From Bacteroidia bacterium (GTDB lineage: Bacteria > Bacteroidota > Bacteroidia > NS11-12g > UBA9320): 64,000 bases of DNA. The stretch is taken from positions 48,747 through 112,746 of the forward strand of contig CBDCFW010000002.1 in NCBI GenBank assembly GCA_965216465.1, written 5' to 3'. The notes under the pieces are model-generated. The model did no database searches and had not been told where the DNA came from. It saw only the letters and a program-made list of their open reading frames with translations. The position numbers and the translations under genes were made by a program. This document shows positions 1 through 10,243 of this stretch, one piece after another (position 1 is the stretch's first letter; each line of letters starts with the position of its first letter).

Positions 1-990
1 CTTGACCTTGGCAAGATTTGAAAGGTTGTTTATTGATGGAGTGGCAAGTGAGCCATCCGAATTCTCAGGATTTTTATAAAAATCAATGGTAATGGTTATT
101 TCATCTCCTTTTGCAACATCGCTCGTATTGAAGTGAAACGGAGTATTCATGATTGATTGGTACTCAATCTCTAAATAGTCTAGTTTTTCAAGAAGTAGTT
201 CACTGTCGAAGCTTTTGGCAAATTGAACAGCTTGCGTGCCCCAGCTTTGAACCATTTTGTTGTAACCTTCACCTTCAAAACCTCCGGAAGCTCCACGTGT
301 TGTAGCGTATTTCTGATAAGCAGCTTCGAAGTTTTGTACGTAGCTATTGAGTTTCGCAACATCGCTGTTTACTGTGCTATTGATTTGATTTGCAACCATT
401 AGGAAGTCTTGCGTTTCAACCGTAGATTGACCAAATAAGCTCGATACCAATTCGTGCGTAAATGCCTTGATAGAATCTGTTGGCAGGTATGGATTGTATT
501 TAAGCTTATGAACCTTTTGCATTACAAAATCAATATTGTTTGTCATTTGCTCAGCTTGGTATAGTGTCATATAAGCATCTTGAACTTTTTCTAAAGCAAG
601 TGTGGCTTTAGGGTCCGAAAACAAGCCCCCTCTAGAAGTTTCAGTTCCGGTTGTAATACTGTTTAGGAAGGAGGATCCCCCAGTTGGAAGACCTAGAGGG
701 CTAATCATACTTAAGAAGTTCAAATTCGGTGCGTCTTGAATTTCTTTAGTCGAGTATGAGGCAACTGCAGTATATACAAATGGATTGTAATTTGATACTT
801 GAACTTTAACATTATGGTTGCGAGTTACCATTGCTCTGCTAATTTGTTTCTTTACTCCATCTTTACTCACTTCGTAGTAAGTAAAATCGTCGTTCAGAAA
901 ATCATAATCAACCAATAAACGTTGAGAAAAAACATCTTGAGTGAATAGTATACAGAGGGATAAGAATGTGGTTTTAAATACTTTTTTCAT
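1..990 (-). CDS. Exported hypothetical protein, 3'-truncated at the window edge (missing from the ORF track)
   Basis: Manual translation from ATG at 990 (MKKVFKTTFLSLCILFTQDVFSQRLLVDYDF...) stays open to position 1 (330 codons); N-terminus looks like a Sec signal peptide. Confidence 0.8.
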   Translation of the reverse strand, partial: MKKVFKTTFLSLCILFTQDVFSQRLLVDYDFLNDDFTYYEVSKDGVKKQISRAMVTRNHNVKVQVSNYNPFVYTAVASYSTKEIQDAPNLNFLSMISPLGLPTGGSSFLNSITTGTETSRGGLFSDPKATLALEKVQDAYMTLYQAEQMTNNIDFVMQKVHKLKYNPYLPTDSIKAFTHELVSSLFGQSTVETQDFLMVANQINSTVNSDVAKLNSYVQNFEAAYQKYATTRGASGGFEGEGYNKMVQSWGTQAVQFAKSFDSELLLEKLDYLEIEYQSIMNTPFHFNTSDVAKGDEITITIDFYKNPENSDGSLATPSINNLSNLAKVK

Positions 991-1086
991 GATTTTGGCT
1001 TTATTGGTTAGTTCACCTTTCGAACTGATTGTAAATGCAAATCGTTCTTCAAATATGGTTTTTTACATTAGGATTACAAAGGCTAG

Positions 1087-2013
1087 TTATTTGTTAATCA
1101 AATCTTTAATGGGAGCAGCATCAACATCGTCAAGCACACTGATATTGTCGTAAATGATTTTGTTGAGCTTGTGGTTTTTACTGCTCTCTGTAATTTTTGC
1201 GATGATGTCAAAGTCTCCTTGGCCATAGCATTTTTTCCATTGTCCGCGTTTGCTCATACAGAAAGTAGCTGATCTAGGAGGGAGATAAGAATATCCCGAG
1301 ACTGGGATGTTTTTAAATGTAGTTACTGTGTCTCCAACCACTATGTTTCTTATGGGTAAATAAAACTTCCCAAATGACAACTGAGAATGGATTACACCTT
1401 GATCATCTATCCAGTTGGCCAGAATATCCATTTCTAAATCTAAGTTAATCATTTGCTGCTCTTTCATAAAAACGGTCCAAGGAGTGAACCATTTTTTGTC
1501 ATTCATCTTCACTTTGGCAAATTGTACTGATATGCTATCACATTTGAGATAAAACTTAGATTGGGTATAGATATCAATCAGTTTTGATTCATCTAAACTA
1601 AAACTAGCAGTTAGTGCAACGTCTCGTCCATCTTCTAACATTATAGACCGGGTTATGGTAAATCCTTTGAATTTGATGTTTTCTGGATCGAGCATTCCCT
1701 GCTTCGAGTTTTGAGCGTAAAAAGTATTGTTGAACAAACTGGCTACATACTCTTGATGATACTTCTCGGCACTCTTTTGTATGGCACTTTTAACTCCATC
1801 GAAGGCAAAATCGATTCCTTTAATTAAAAGCTCTGCCGATACCAAAGCTCTGCTCGAATCATTGGTCAATCCCATGGCTACTTTTTTATAAGTTAGCGGG
1901 GTGTCATAGGCTAAAGTCTCGATTGAGAGTTGTTCACCTTCAGACTTGTTGCTCACCTTGGTCGAAACGCAAGCCGTGAGAAATACACTAAGAATAATGA
2001 AATATTTTTTCAT
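1087..2013 (-). CDS. Hypothetical lipoprotein
   Basis: 308 aa; lipobox-like LTAC after a hydrophobic stretch; no recognisable domain. Confidence 0.75.
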   Translation of the reverse strand: MKKYFIILSVFLTACVSTKVSNKSEGEQLSIETLAYDTPLTYKKVAMGLTNDSSRALVSAELLIKGIDFAFDGVKSAIQKSAEKYHQEYVASLFNNTFYAQNSKQGMLDPENIKFKGFTITRSIMLEDGRDVALTASFSLDESKLIDIYTQSKFYLKCDSISVQFAKVKMNDKKWFTPWTVFMKEQQMINLDLEMDILANWIDDQGVIHSQLSFGKFYLPIRNIVVGDTVTTFKNIPVSGYSYLPPRSATFCMSKRGQWKKCYGQGDFDIIAKITESSKNHKLNKIIYDNISVLDDVDAAPIKDLINK

Positions 2014-2069
2014 ATTGATTTATACAAAGAAAAGGCAAATGGTAAATTTTTGCTCACAAAATATCGCAT

Positions 2070-2077
2070 TATCTTTG
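2070..2077 (+). promoter_or_regulatory. Bacteroidota primary-sigma -7 element upstream of oxyR
   Basis: TATCTTTG matches TAnnTTTG, 18 nt before ATG 2096. Confidence 0.55.
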
Positions 2078-2095
2078 TATGGTATACCATTTATA

Positions 2096-3040
2096 ATGCT
2101 GAACATATCACTAATTCAAATTCAATACCTAATCGCTTTAGACGAACACCGAAACTTCATAAAAGCAGCAGAAGCAAGCTTTGTAACACAGCCTACGCTA
2201 AGTATGCAAATGAAGAAGTTAGAAGATGAGCTTGGGGTGCTGATTTTTGACAGAAGCAAACAGCCTATAGAACCCACCTTGATCGGTGAGCAAATCATAA
2301 AACAGGCGAGAGTAATTTATAATGAAACTTCAAGAATTGAAGGGATTTTGAAAGAATTCACGGGTGAAGTTTCAGGAGTATTAAAAATTGGAGTTATTCC
2401 CACCATTGCTAATTCGCTTATACCTCGATTAATTGGAGAAGTTGCCCGAAAATATCCAGATTTAAAATTGACTATTAAAGAATCTCTAACTCATGAAATA
2501 GTTGAAGATCTGGAAAACAATCGTCTTGATGTTGGTGTAATTTCGGTTCCCTTGGGGAACGAAAAACTAGTAGAACGCTTTTTGTATGTTGAGAAGTTTC
2601 GCATCTACGCCAATCCCAACCACCCAAGTTTTGGAACCCGTTCTTGGCATGTAGAAGATCTTTTGGCCGACAAATTGTGGTTGCTGTCTGAAGGAAACTG
2701 TTTTAGAACCCAAACAATTAATTTATGTGCCTTGCCAGATGAAGAATTGAACCACATGGCCTTGAGCTATGAGAGTGGAAGTCTACAAACGTTGAAGAAA
2801 GTTGTTGACCTAGAGGGAGGTGCTACCATTATTCCAGAGTGGGAAGCAGGAGAGTTGGATGACGAATCACTTAATAACCTTCGTGCCTTCAAAGACGATA
2901 AAGCGGGAAGGGCAGTAGGCTTGGTTTATACTAAATTCTATGCGAAAGAGGGAGTAATAAATAAACTTGAACAGATGATACAGGAATCGTTGCCCAAATA
3001 TGTATCGGGGAACAAAGACTTAGATATTATAGAATTTTAA
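2096..3040 (+). CDS. oxyR: Hydrogen peroxide-inducible LysR-family regulator OxyR
   Basis: LysR HTH (NFIKAAEASFVTQPTLSMQMKKLEDELG) and redox cysteine pair GNCFRTQTINLC; start moved to ATG 2096 because the longer ORF start overlaps the divergent gene. Confidence 0.9.
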   Translation: MLNISLIQIQYLIALDEHRNFIKAAEASFVTQPTLSMQMKKLEDELGVLIFDRSKQPIEPTLIGEQIIKQARVIYNETSRIEGILKEFTGEVSGVLKIGVIPTIANSLIPRLIGEVARKYPDLKLTIKESLTHEIVEDLENNRLDVGVISVPLGNEKLVERFLYVEKFRIYANPNHPSFGTRSWHVEDLLADKLWLLSEGNCFRTQTINLCALPDEELNHMALSYESGSLQTLKKVVDLEGGATIIPEWEAGELDDESLNNLRAFKDDKAGRAVGLVYTKFYAKEGVINKLEQMIQESLPKYVSGNKDLDIIEF

Positions 3041-3043
3041 CAT

Positions 3044-3075
3044 AAAAAAAGCCTCAACATCGTTGAGGCTTTTTT
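3044..3075. terminator. Bidirectional rho-independent terminator between convergent oxyR and sucB
   Basis: AAAAAAA-GCCTCAAC-ATC-GTTGAGGC-TTTTTT: perfect stem flanked by A and T tracts. Confidence 0.9.
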
Positions 3076-3076
3076 C

Positions 3077-4312
3077 TTACATGCCCATAAGAACATCTAA
3101 AGGATCTTTTCCGAACAGCATGGTTTCTGGATTTTCGAGGTAATTCTTAACCGTTACCAAGAACCCTACTGACTCTTTACCGTCAATAATTCGGTGGTCA
3201 TAACTTAGTGCTACAAACATTACAGGACGAGCAACAATTTCACCTTTTTCAACTACAGGTCGCTCAACAATGTTGTGCATTCCTAAAATTGCACTTTGAG
3301 GTGGGTTGATGATTGGGGTACTTAACATACTTCCAAATACTCCACCATTTGTAATGGTAAATGTACCTCCTGTCATTTCAGGTATGGTGAGCTTTCCATC
3401 TCTAGCTTTGAGAGCTAGTCGTTTAACTTCGGCTTCAATTTCCCACATGGTCATGGCTTCTACGTTACGCATTACAGGAACCATCAATCCTTTTGGACTA
3501 CTTACCGCAATTGATACATCAACAAAGTCGTTGATAACCATTTCTTCACCGTCGAGGTAAGCATTCACCTTAGGGTATTTCTGCAATGCAAGTGCACATG
3601 CTCGTGTAAAGAAGCTCATGAATCCTAGGTTTACACCATGAATCTCTCGGAATTTCTCTTTGTATTTAGCTCGCGTGTCAAAAATAGGCTGCATGTTAAC
3701 CTCATTAAATGTGGTTAACATGGCTGTTTCATTCTTAGCAGCTACTAATCTTCTTGCAACTGTTTTTCTTAAGTTGCTTAGTTTTTCTCTGTGTTGTTCT
3801 CTAGAAGGCTCAGAAGGCGATGAGTAATCCATTGCTCCAGCTTCAGCAAGTAGGGCATCGTATTTGGTAATTCTTCCATCTTTCCCGGTTCCAACCACGT
3901 TGGTTGCGGCAATTCCTTTTTCTGCTAATATTTTTGATGCAGCAGGACTTGGTGTTCCCGTTGCATAATTTTGATTTGCTGGTTTTGCTTTAGCTTCAGA
4001 TTTAGGAGCTTCTTTTATTTCGGCTGCGGGTGCTGGAGTTTCTTCAGCTTGAGGTGCTGCTCCTTCTGGAGCTTTAGCTTCCGTATCAATTGTGGCCACA
4101 ACAGCTCCAATTTCAACATCTTCGCCTTCCTCAACCAAAATTTTTAAGGCTCCTGATTGTTCTGCGTTAAGCTCTACCGTTGCTTTGTCACTTTCCAGTT
4201 CTGCAACTGCTTCGTCCATTTCCACGTAGTCTCCATCTTCTTTCAACCACGTTGCAATTGTTACTTGTGTAACAGATTCTCCTACAGAAGGAATTTTTAA
4301 TTCTATTGCCAT
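3077..4312 (-). CDS. sucB: 2-oxoglutarate dehydrogenase E2, dihydrolipoyllysine-residue succinyltransferase
   Basis: Lipoyl domain [11 protein letters not shown]3-binding domain ([10 protein letters not shown]), catalytic [20 protein letters not shown]. Confidence 0.97.
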   Translation of the reverse strand: MAIELKIPSVGESVTQVTIATWLKEDGDYVEMDEAVAELESDKATVELNAEQSGALKILVEEGEDVEIGAVVATIDTEAKAPEGAAPQAEETPAPAAEIKEAPKSEAKAKPANQNYATGTPSPAASKILAEKGIAATNVVGTGKDGRITKYDALLAEAGAMDYSSPSEPSREQHREKLSNLRKTVARRLVAAKNETAMLTTFNEVNMQPIFDTRAKYKEKFREIHGVNLGFMSFFTRACALALQKYPKVNAYLDGEEMVINDFVDVSIAVSSPKGLMVPVMRNVEAMTMWEIEAEVKRLALKARDGKLTIPEMTGGTFTITNGGVFGSMLSTPIINPPQSAILGMHNIVERPVVEKGEIVARPVMFVALSYDHRIIDGKESVGFLVTVKNYLENPETMLFGKDPLDVLMGM

Positions 4313-4329
4313 CTTCTTTTAGAACGCGT

Positions 4330-4337
4330 CAAAGTTA
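4330..4337 (-). promoter_or_regulatory. -7 promoter element for sucB
   Basis: TAACTTTG on the minus strand, 17 nt upstream of the start. Confidence 0.55.
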
Positions 4338-4395
4338 AAATAGATTTTTAACTTCCTTTGTTTTAAAAATAAAGAATTCAAATTTGTAAGACGAA

Positions 4396-6039
4396 ATGAA
4401 TGTAAATCGCTGTTTAAATGCTTTTGTGCAAGAGTTAAATGCTTCTTATGCAGTTATTTCTCCTGGAAGCAGAAATGCACCTCTTATATATGCACTTGAT
4501 CAGATGAACATTCGCAATTTTTCTGTTGTTGATGAGCGAAGTGCAGCATTTATTGCACTTGGTATTGCAAAGCATACGCGAAAACCTGTTATTTTGAGTT
4601 GCACCAGTGGCACAGCTGCATTGAATTACTACCCTGCCATAGCTGAAGCATTTTATGCTCGAGTTCCTCTTATAATTTTAACAGCCGATCGACCACCTGA
4701 GCAAATTGATGCATGGGATGGCCAAGCTATTCGGCAAAGAAATGTTTTTGCCAAACATGTTAGAGCCTCATTTGATACCCCCGACGATTACAATGAATCA
4801 AATCGATTTAAGGCCATCGCAGAAAAGGTAAACAGATATTGGAATGATAATATTCCTGGCCCGATACACATCAACATTCCGATTCGAGAACCTTTCTATG
4901 AGTTTGAATCTTTAGAGGCTCGTGAATCTTCTCATGTGAATGAAGAAGACCCTATTGTTTCAGTTACTATTCCCTCCATTGCAGCACATTTGAATCAAAG
5001 CTTTAGCGATAAGAAAGTTTTGATTTTTAATGGAATGGATGATGGGGAGAGTGTGGTAGTTGCAAATGGTAACGACGGAGTAATGCTGTCAGACTTAACA
5101 TCGAATCAAACCAGTGATGTATTCTATTGGGATGCTATGCTGTTTTCAGCTCAGTCGAAGCCTGATGGGTTAGATAAATTAAGGTCACTAGCTCCCGATG
5201 TCTTAATAACAACTGGAACAACGACCATATCAAAAGGACTAAAACGCTTTTTAAACTTATGTAAGCCACAACGGCACTATCATCTTTCAAGTTACAATGA
5301 AGTAGGGAATATGTTTGGGACAAATCCCACAATAATTGACCCTAAAAAAATCTCTGCTGTTCCTGAAATTGATGGCGATGTTGACGGTTTGCGCGATGGT
5401 CCATTTGTTAAGCATTGGTTAGAAACTTGCCGAGAATTTGAAGATCGCTTTAGTCGATTAGAATGGACTAGCTACAACGAGTTTTCAGTTGTGAACTACG
5501 TGGTCAATAATGTGGCCAAAGATGCAATTATTCACTTGTCGAATTCAATGCCGGTGCGTTATGCCTCGTTTCTGATGAACAGTGGTGTAGCCAACAATCT
5601 GGTTTACAGCAATAGAGGAACTTCTGGCATAGACGGTTGTACCTCAACAGCAATTGGAAATGCTTTGGTAGCAGATAAACAAGTATACCTACTTACGGGT
5701 GATCTTGCATTTTTCTACGACATCAATGCATTTTTTAACAAGCATGTGCCGGCTAATTTTAAGGTTGTAATTTTAAATAATTCTGGTGGCAGAATATTTG
5801 AGATGATTAGTGGACCCGAAAAAATGGGAGAAGCAATTCAACTTCAAACTACACCACATCATTTTACAGCTGAGCAACTTTCAGAGCATTTTAAGTTTAA
5901 ATATATTCCAGTGAAGAACATTTCTGATCTCGCAGATGGAATGGAAGAGCTAATTTATTCTGATGTTTGCACAGTAATGGAGATCTTTACAGATACCGAT
6001 GAAAATGCTGATTTTTTCGAGAAATTTAAAGCACTTTAA
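4396..6039 (+). CDS. menD: SEPHCHC synthase MenD (ThDP-dependent, menaquinone biosynthesis)
   Basis: SPGSRNAPL, DERSAAF, CTSGTA, TADRP, SNRGTSGIDG and GDLAFFYD...NN ThDP motif. Confidence 0.95.
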   Translation: MNVNRCLNAFVQELNASYAVISPGSRNAPLIYALDQMNIRNFSVVDERSAAFIALGIAKHTRKPVILSCTSGTAALNYYPAIAEAFYARVPLIILTADRPPEQIDAWDGQAIRQRNVFAKHVRASFDTPDDYNESNRFKAIAEKVNRYWNDNIPGPIHINIPIREPFYEFESLEARESSHVNEEDPIVSVTIPSIAAHLNQSFSDKKVLIFNGMDDGESVVVANGNDGVMLSDLTSNQTSDVFYWDAMLFSAQSKPDGLDKLRSLAPDVLITTGTTTISKGLKRFLNLCKPQRHYHLSSYNEVGNMFGTNPTIIDPKKISAVPEIDGDVDGLRDGPFVKHWLETCREFEDRFSRLEWTSYNEFSVVNYVVNNVAKDAIIHLSNSMPVRYASFLMNSGVANNLVYSNRGTSGIDGCTSTAIGNALVADKQVYLLTGDLAFFYDINAFFNKHVPANFKVVILNNSGGRIFEMISGPEKMGEAIQLQTTPHHFTAEQLSEHFKFKYIPVKNISDLADGMEELIYSDVCTVMEIFTDTDENADFFEKFKAL

Positions 6040-6186
6040 TCCAGTTTTCATGCTGTAAGCAGGCTACCAGAATACCAAATTTGAGGAGTCACCCGTTAAT
6101 TGAAATGGGTATTTAAAAAAAGTTAAGTATCTTTCCAAAGGTTTTCCAAAACCCCCTTTCGAATTGCTAATCAATCAAATTTAGAA

Positions 6187-9100
6187 ATGATACGGTTATT
6201 ATTCATTTTAGTTGTATTCTCGGTAAACCTTAGCCTAGCACAATCTCTATATCCCGAAATTCAGACAGGTCACATGGATCAAATCACGTCGATGCAATTT
6301 ACCGATGATGATAAACGCTTACTGACCGGGTCTATGGATGAAATGCTAGTACAATGGAGTATCAATACTCAAGTTCACGATGCGAAGGTCTTAAACTTAC
6401 TCAAAGGGGTGAGCTGCTTTAAGTTCAATGAAGAGGCAAAACTATTAGCAGTAGCAACCTATAACAAGCAAGTTGTTATTTACGACTTTAAGGATTCAAC
6501 AGTATTTGGTCCAAAATGGACTTACGATTTTACTCACCATGTAAAGTTTATTGATGTCAATAATGCAGGAAGCCATATCGCAGCCTCTTCGGGATACAAT
6601 ATTTGTGTTATGGATACGGCGGGTGAAATGTCGACTGTATTTGGAGGCGACGATATAATGGGACTTCGGTTTTTGTCGGATAACAAAACATTAGTTTTTG
6701 GCAATTACGACGGAGATATATTTAAATATAATACTCAGCTTCCATCATCGGTCGGAATGAATAAACTGTTCAATGTTGGGAATATCATTAGTGAAATAGC
6801 GTTGGACGATTCTGAACGATACTTGGCCTATGGCACAAGCGGAGGTCCTAAGCTTGGAGGAGAAATTGGTGTTTTTGATTTGAAAAAGAACAAGCTGGTT
6901 AGCAAGCAAAAGAATTTCATTGTTTATCTAGGTGCACAATTTGGTTCAATTCACTTCATTGACAAGAAGAGTCTTATTTATGTTAACAAGGATGGAGGTA
7001 TAAATAGGTGGAACTTCAAGAGAGATCGAGACGTAAACATCGTCAGCAAGGCAGTTAATTTATCGATAGATGTTTCTAACAACAAAGAGTGGCTAGCTTA
7101 CGCTATTGATGCCGATTGCTATGTAACCAAACTGGGTTCTACTAGTCAACCACTTAAATTTACTGGATATGCGGAGAATCCAATTCGGTTTGTTGGTTTG
7201 CACGGTCATACGATGATGGTTGAATATCCCTCTGGCATTAAAAAATGGGATCTCAAAGAACTTCGAACCGAAATGGTCTTGGAAAAGTTTTATGATGGAG
7301 ATTGGAGTTACACTGCTTTCAGTCATGATTTAGAACTAAAAGCCAATAATGATTTCATTAGAAATGTCAAAACAGGAGAGTTTGTTGAATACTATATGGG
7401 AACTTCCGCAAATTCTCGGTTTGGAGGATTTTCAGGAGATAAACGTTTTTACAGTTTTTTAGACCAAAGTGGGCAGTTGACGATTTGCTGCTTGGACACG
7501 GCCAAATTGCCCTTTTGGACAGAAAAACACCTCAGACATTGGAATTATAACAAGCAATATGCTCTGATTAATATCGATGATTTAATCATTAACCCTTATA
7601 AAAATGAAATGGTGTTGCTAACCAAAGGATTTGATTACATCAACTTAGAAACTGGTGAATACAAGCAGATGACAAACAAGGTTAGAGGAGATAATCCTTC
7701 ACTCCCAGCTTTGTTCGACCCAGTTCAAAACAAGCTATTAGTGGCAACAAGCAGAACGGTTTATGACAGTATTGCATACGAAGGTCGAGAGGGTTACGCA
7801 TCTGAATGGACCAGCTTAAAAAGAAGCATGGGTGGAAGCTCTGGTGATCGCTACTTGAACAAAAAGAGCGGAACGATAAGCATTTACAATTTGGATGATA
7901 TGACCGCACCATACTATTTGGTAAAGGATAGCTATATTGATAAGATGGCGGAGGTGACCGCAATGACCTATGATCCAAACTACAACATAATATATGTAGC
8001 ATACGGCGATGGAACAGTAAAGTTGCTTAAAACCACAGATTCGGGATATTATTCGTATAACTGGACCCGGTTTACTTCGGCAGTTCATGATATGGTGGTT
8101 TCAGACGATGGTCTTCAATTGTACATCATAAACAAGTATGGAGCGGTTGGAGTGGTTGACGTCTTAACTTTAGACTACCTGGTTTCCCTGGTTGCGACCA
8201 GTGATAATGAGTTTATAGCCATAGATCAAAAAGGTTTTTATAAGCGCTCAAAGAATGCTCAAAACGCAGTGGCGTTTGTGCAAGGAGAATACATTCTTAA
8301 GTTAAATCAAGTTGATGATAGGTTGAACAAGCCACATGTAATTTACAAAGACATGGATTTGTTGGAGTTTGATAGGCTTAAACTAATTCAAAAACTTGCC
8401 GGAGGTGAGGATGTAGAAGAAGTAAAACAAATTGTTGGCCCAGAACTAAAAATTCTAAAAAGTGAAAAACTAGATATTACAACATCGAAAAGCTTTATCA
8501 AGATATCGACAGAAGCCGTTTCAACAATTTCAAATTTGAGTCATATGCAAATATGGGTTAATGGTATTCCTCAGTACAAGAAAGGAAGTGAACCCAAAGC
8601 AAAATCAAAGGTTAAGTGGACAAATAAGTGGAAAGTCGGATTGAGAAGAGGAAGGAATTCTATTCGGTTTGTTTGTTATGACGAAGATGGTACTGGCTCA
8701 TTGGAAAAATTTGTAGTGATAGAATGTCAGAAAGAATACGAAAAACCAAACTTGTATGTTGCATTGGTTTCTGTTTCAAAGTATCAGAACTCAACCATGA
8801 ATCTGCAATATGCTGTGAAAGATGGTCGAGACTTTGCCAAAGTTTACATAGACAGCATTGGAAGGAAGCAAATTGGATTTCCTAGCAGGTTTGGTAAGGT
8901 CGTGTTAGATACTTTTTTTAATGAGAATGCCACCCGTGATAAAGTAGTACAATGGAAGTCAAAGCTGAAAAAAACCAAACCAGAAGACTATGTCTTGTTA
9001 TACGTTTCTGGACATGGGTTGCTTGATACAGGCTTTAATTTTTGGTTTGGACTGCACGACATTAATTTCGATGATCCTGCACAAGGAGGAATATCTTTTA

Positions 9101-9600
9101 ATGAACTCGAAGATTTATTGGTTGGAATTCCAGCACAGCAGAAATTGTTCTTGATGGATGCCTGTCATAGCGGTGAAATTTTGGATGAAGAAATCAGAGT
9201 TGATAGCACTTTTATTTTACCCGATGGGTCGAGAGGTCAACTTACTGGATATTCTTATAAAGGAGGAGGAATTGCTGATTTTGACGAAGAGACTATAAAT
9301 AAAACAGAGCTCAAACAAGAATTATTTAGTAACTACAATAGCAGATCTGGAGCAACTGTGATCTCAGCTGCAGCAGGAAATAGTTTTGCACTAGAAAGTC
9401 CTGAATGGAGCAATGGAGTCTTTACCTATACAATAATTGGAGGGTTGGTATATAGATGGGCTGATGCCAATGATGATGGAGAAGTGAGTGTTGTTGAATT
9501 AAGTAGATATGTAACTAAAATGGTTAAGGAGCAAACTGGAGGCATGCAGGTACCAAACGATAGGCAAGAAAACATTGAAAATAACTTTAGAGTATGGTAA
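6187..9600 (+). CDS. Exported WD40/beta-propeller protein with C-terminal caspase-like (peptidase C14) domain
   Basis: Signal peptide; WD40-like blades (GHMDQITSMQFTDDDKRLLTGSMD); caspase dyad motifs YVSGHG and LMDACHSG; ALESPEWSNGVFTY; EF-hand-like DANDDGEVS. Confidence 0.85.
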   Translation: MIRLLFILVVFSVNLSLAQSLYPEIQTGHMDQITSMQFTDDDKRLLTGSMDEMLVQWSINTQVHDAKVLNLLKGVSCFKFNEEAKLLAVATYNKQVVIYDFKDSTVFGPKWTYDFTHHVKFIDVNNAGSHIAASSGYNICVMDTAGEMSTVFGGDDIMGLRFLSDNKTLVFGNYDGDIFKYNTQLPSSVGMNKLFNVGNIISEIALDDSERYLAYGTSGGPKLGGEIGVFDLKKNKLVSKQKNFIVYLGAQFGSIHFIDKKSLIYVNKDGGINRWNFKRDRDVNIVSKAVNLSIDVSNNKEWLAYAIDADCYVTKLGSTSQPLKFTGYAENPIRFVGLHGHTMMVEYPSGIKKWDLKELRTEMVLEKFYDGDWSYTAFSHDLELKANNDFIRNVKTGEFVEYYMGTSANSRFGGFSGDKRFYSFLDQSGQLTICCLDTAKLPFWTEKHLRHWNYNKQYALINIDDLIINPYKNEMVLLTKGFDYINLETGEYKQMTNKVRGDNPSLPALFDPVQNKLLVATSRTVYDSIAYEGREGYASEWTSLKRSMGGSSGDRYLNKKSGTISIYNLDDMTAPYYLVKDSYIDKMAEVTAMTYDPNYNIIYVAYGDGTVKLLKTTDSGYYSYNWTRFTSAVHDMVVSDDGLQLYIINKYGAVGVVDVLTLDYLVSLVATSDNEFIAIDQKGFYKRSKNAQNAVAFVQGEYILKLNQVDDRLNKPHVIYKDMDLLEFDRLKLIQKLAGGEDVEEVKQIVGPELKILKSEKLDITTSKSFIKISTEAVSTISNLSHMQIWVNGIPQYKKGSEPKAKSKVKWTNKWKVGLRRGRNSIRFVCYDEDGTGSLEKFVVIECQKEYEKPNLYVALVSVSKYQNSTMNLQYAVKDGRDFAKVYIDSIGRKQIGFPSRFGKVVLDTFFNENATRDKVVQWKSKLKKTKPEDYVLLYVSGHGLLDTGFNFWFGLHDINFDDPAQGGISFNELEDLLVGIPAQQKLFLMDACHSGEILDEEIRVDSTFILPDGSRGQLTGYSYKGGGIADFDEETINKTELKQELFSNYNSRSGATVISAAAGNSFALESPEWSNGVFTYTIIGGLVYRWADANDDGEVSVVELSRYVTKMVKEQTGGMQVPNDRQENIENNFRVW

Positions 9601-10226
9601 GGGTGAGTTTAGAAGGGAGTTTAGTTATTATGTGCTTAGTATTATTGAGCGGATGTAAGCTCTTGCAGACTAACCAACAAAAGATTGATACGCTTGATCT
9701 TCGCCCAAACTATCAAATTAATTACAATATTGCACAAGGTGGTGAACGCTATCAATTCATTGTAGATCTTATTGAGATGAATCCTTATCGAACGTTTAAG
9801 TTTACAATGACCAATAGCAATGAAACGTCTGCTCTGATTGCAATTACTCCTAAGGCACTAGATTCTGGTGATATTGAAAAGAACTACTTCCCCAATTATT
9901 CAGACACTTTAAATGATAATACCTTAACGGTGTGGTTTAGCCGGAAAATGTTCGAGACCATAATTAATAACGACACGGCAATATTTAATGGTAATTATAG
10001 AGGATTTGGAAGCAAGAAGACAAAGTTTTATAACAATGGAACGGAGTTGTATCATTATGAGCTAAATGGAGTACCTCAAACCATTGAAGTAATTCATGTG
10101 AAAGAAGCCAACCGAGGAGGGAAGCAATTTTGGGTACTTAATAATCCAGAGAATCCCTTGATAGTGAAAATGAATGTGGGTTGGGAGATCTGGCTGAAAG
10201 AAGTGAATCACAATTATGATGACTAA
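9594..10226 (+). CDS. Hypothetical lipoprotein
   Basis: LSGC lipobox; overlaps the caspase gene stop by 7 nt (start may instead be the later ATG of MCLVLL). Confidence 0.7.
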   Translation: MVRVSLEGSLVIMCLVLLSGCKLLQTNQQKIDTLDLRPNYQINYNIAQGGERYQFIVDLIEMNPYRTFKFTMTNSNETSALIAITPKALDSGDIEKNYFPNYSDTLNDNTLTVWFSRKMFETIINNDTAIFNGNYRGFGSKKTKFYNNGTELYHYELNGVPQTIEVIHVKEANRGGKQFWVLNNPENPLIVKMNVGWEIWLKEVNHNYDD

Positions 10227-10243
10227 ACCAAAGGGTATTTAAA

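Noticed and set aside
180-362. 60-aa minus-strand ORF, and plus-strand ORF 941-1153
   Set aside because: Out-of-frame or antisense shadows of the real CDSs at 1-990 and 1087-2013
1946-2095. 50-aa N-terminal extension of OxyR in the ORF track
   Set aside because: It overlaps the divergent gene and the promoter; the LysR HTH begins at ATG 2096
6040-6186. Weak hairpin (ACCCGTT...AATGGGT) after menD as a riboswitch or ncRNA
   Set aside because: Short imperfect stem with no recognisable aptamer; at most a weak terminator
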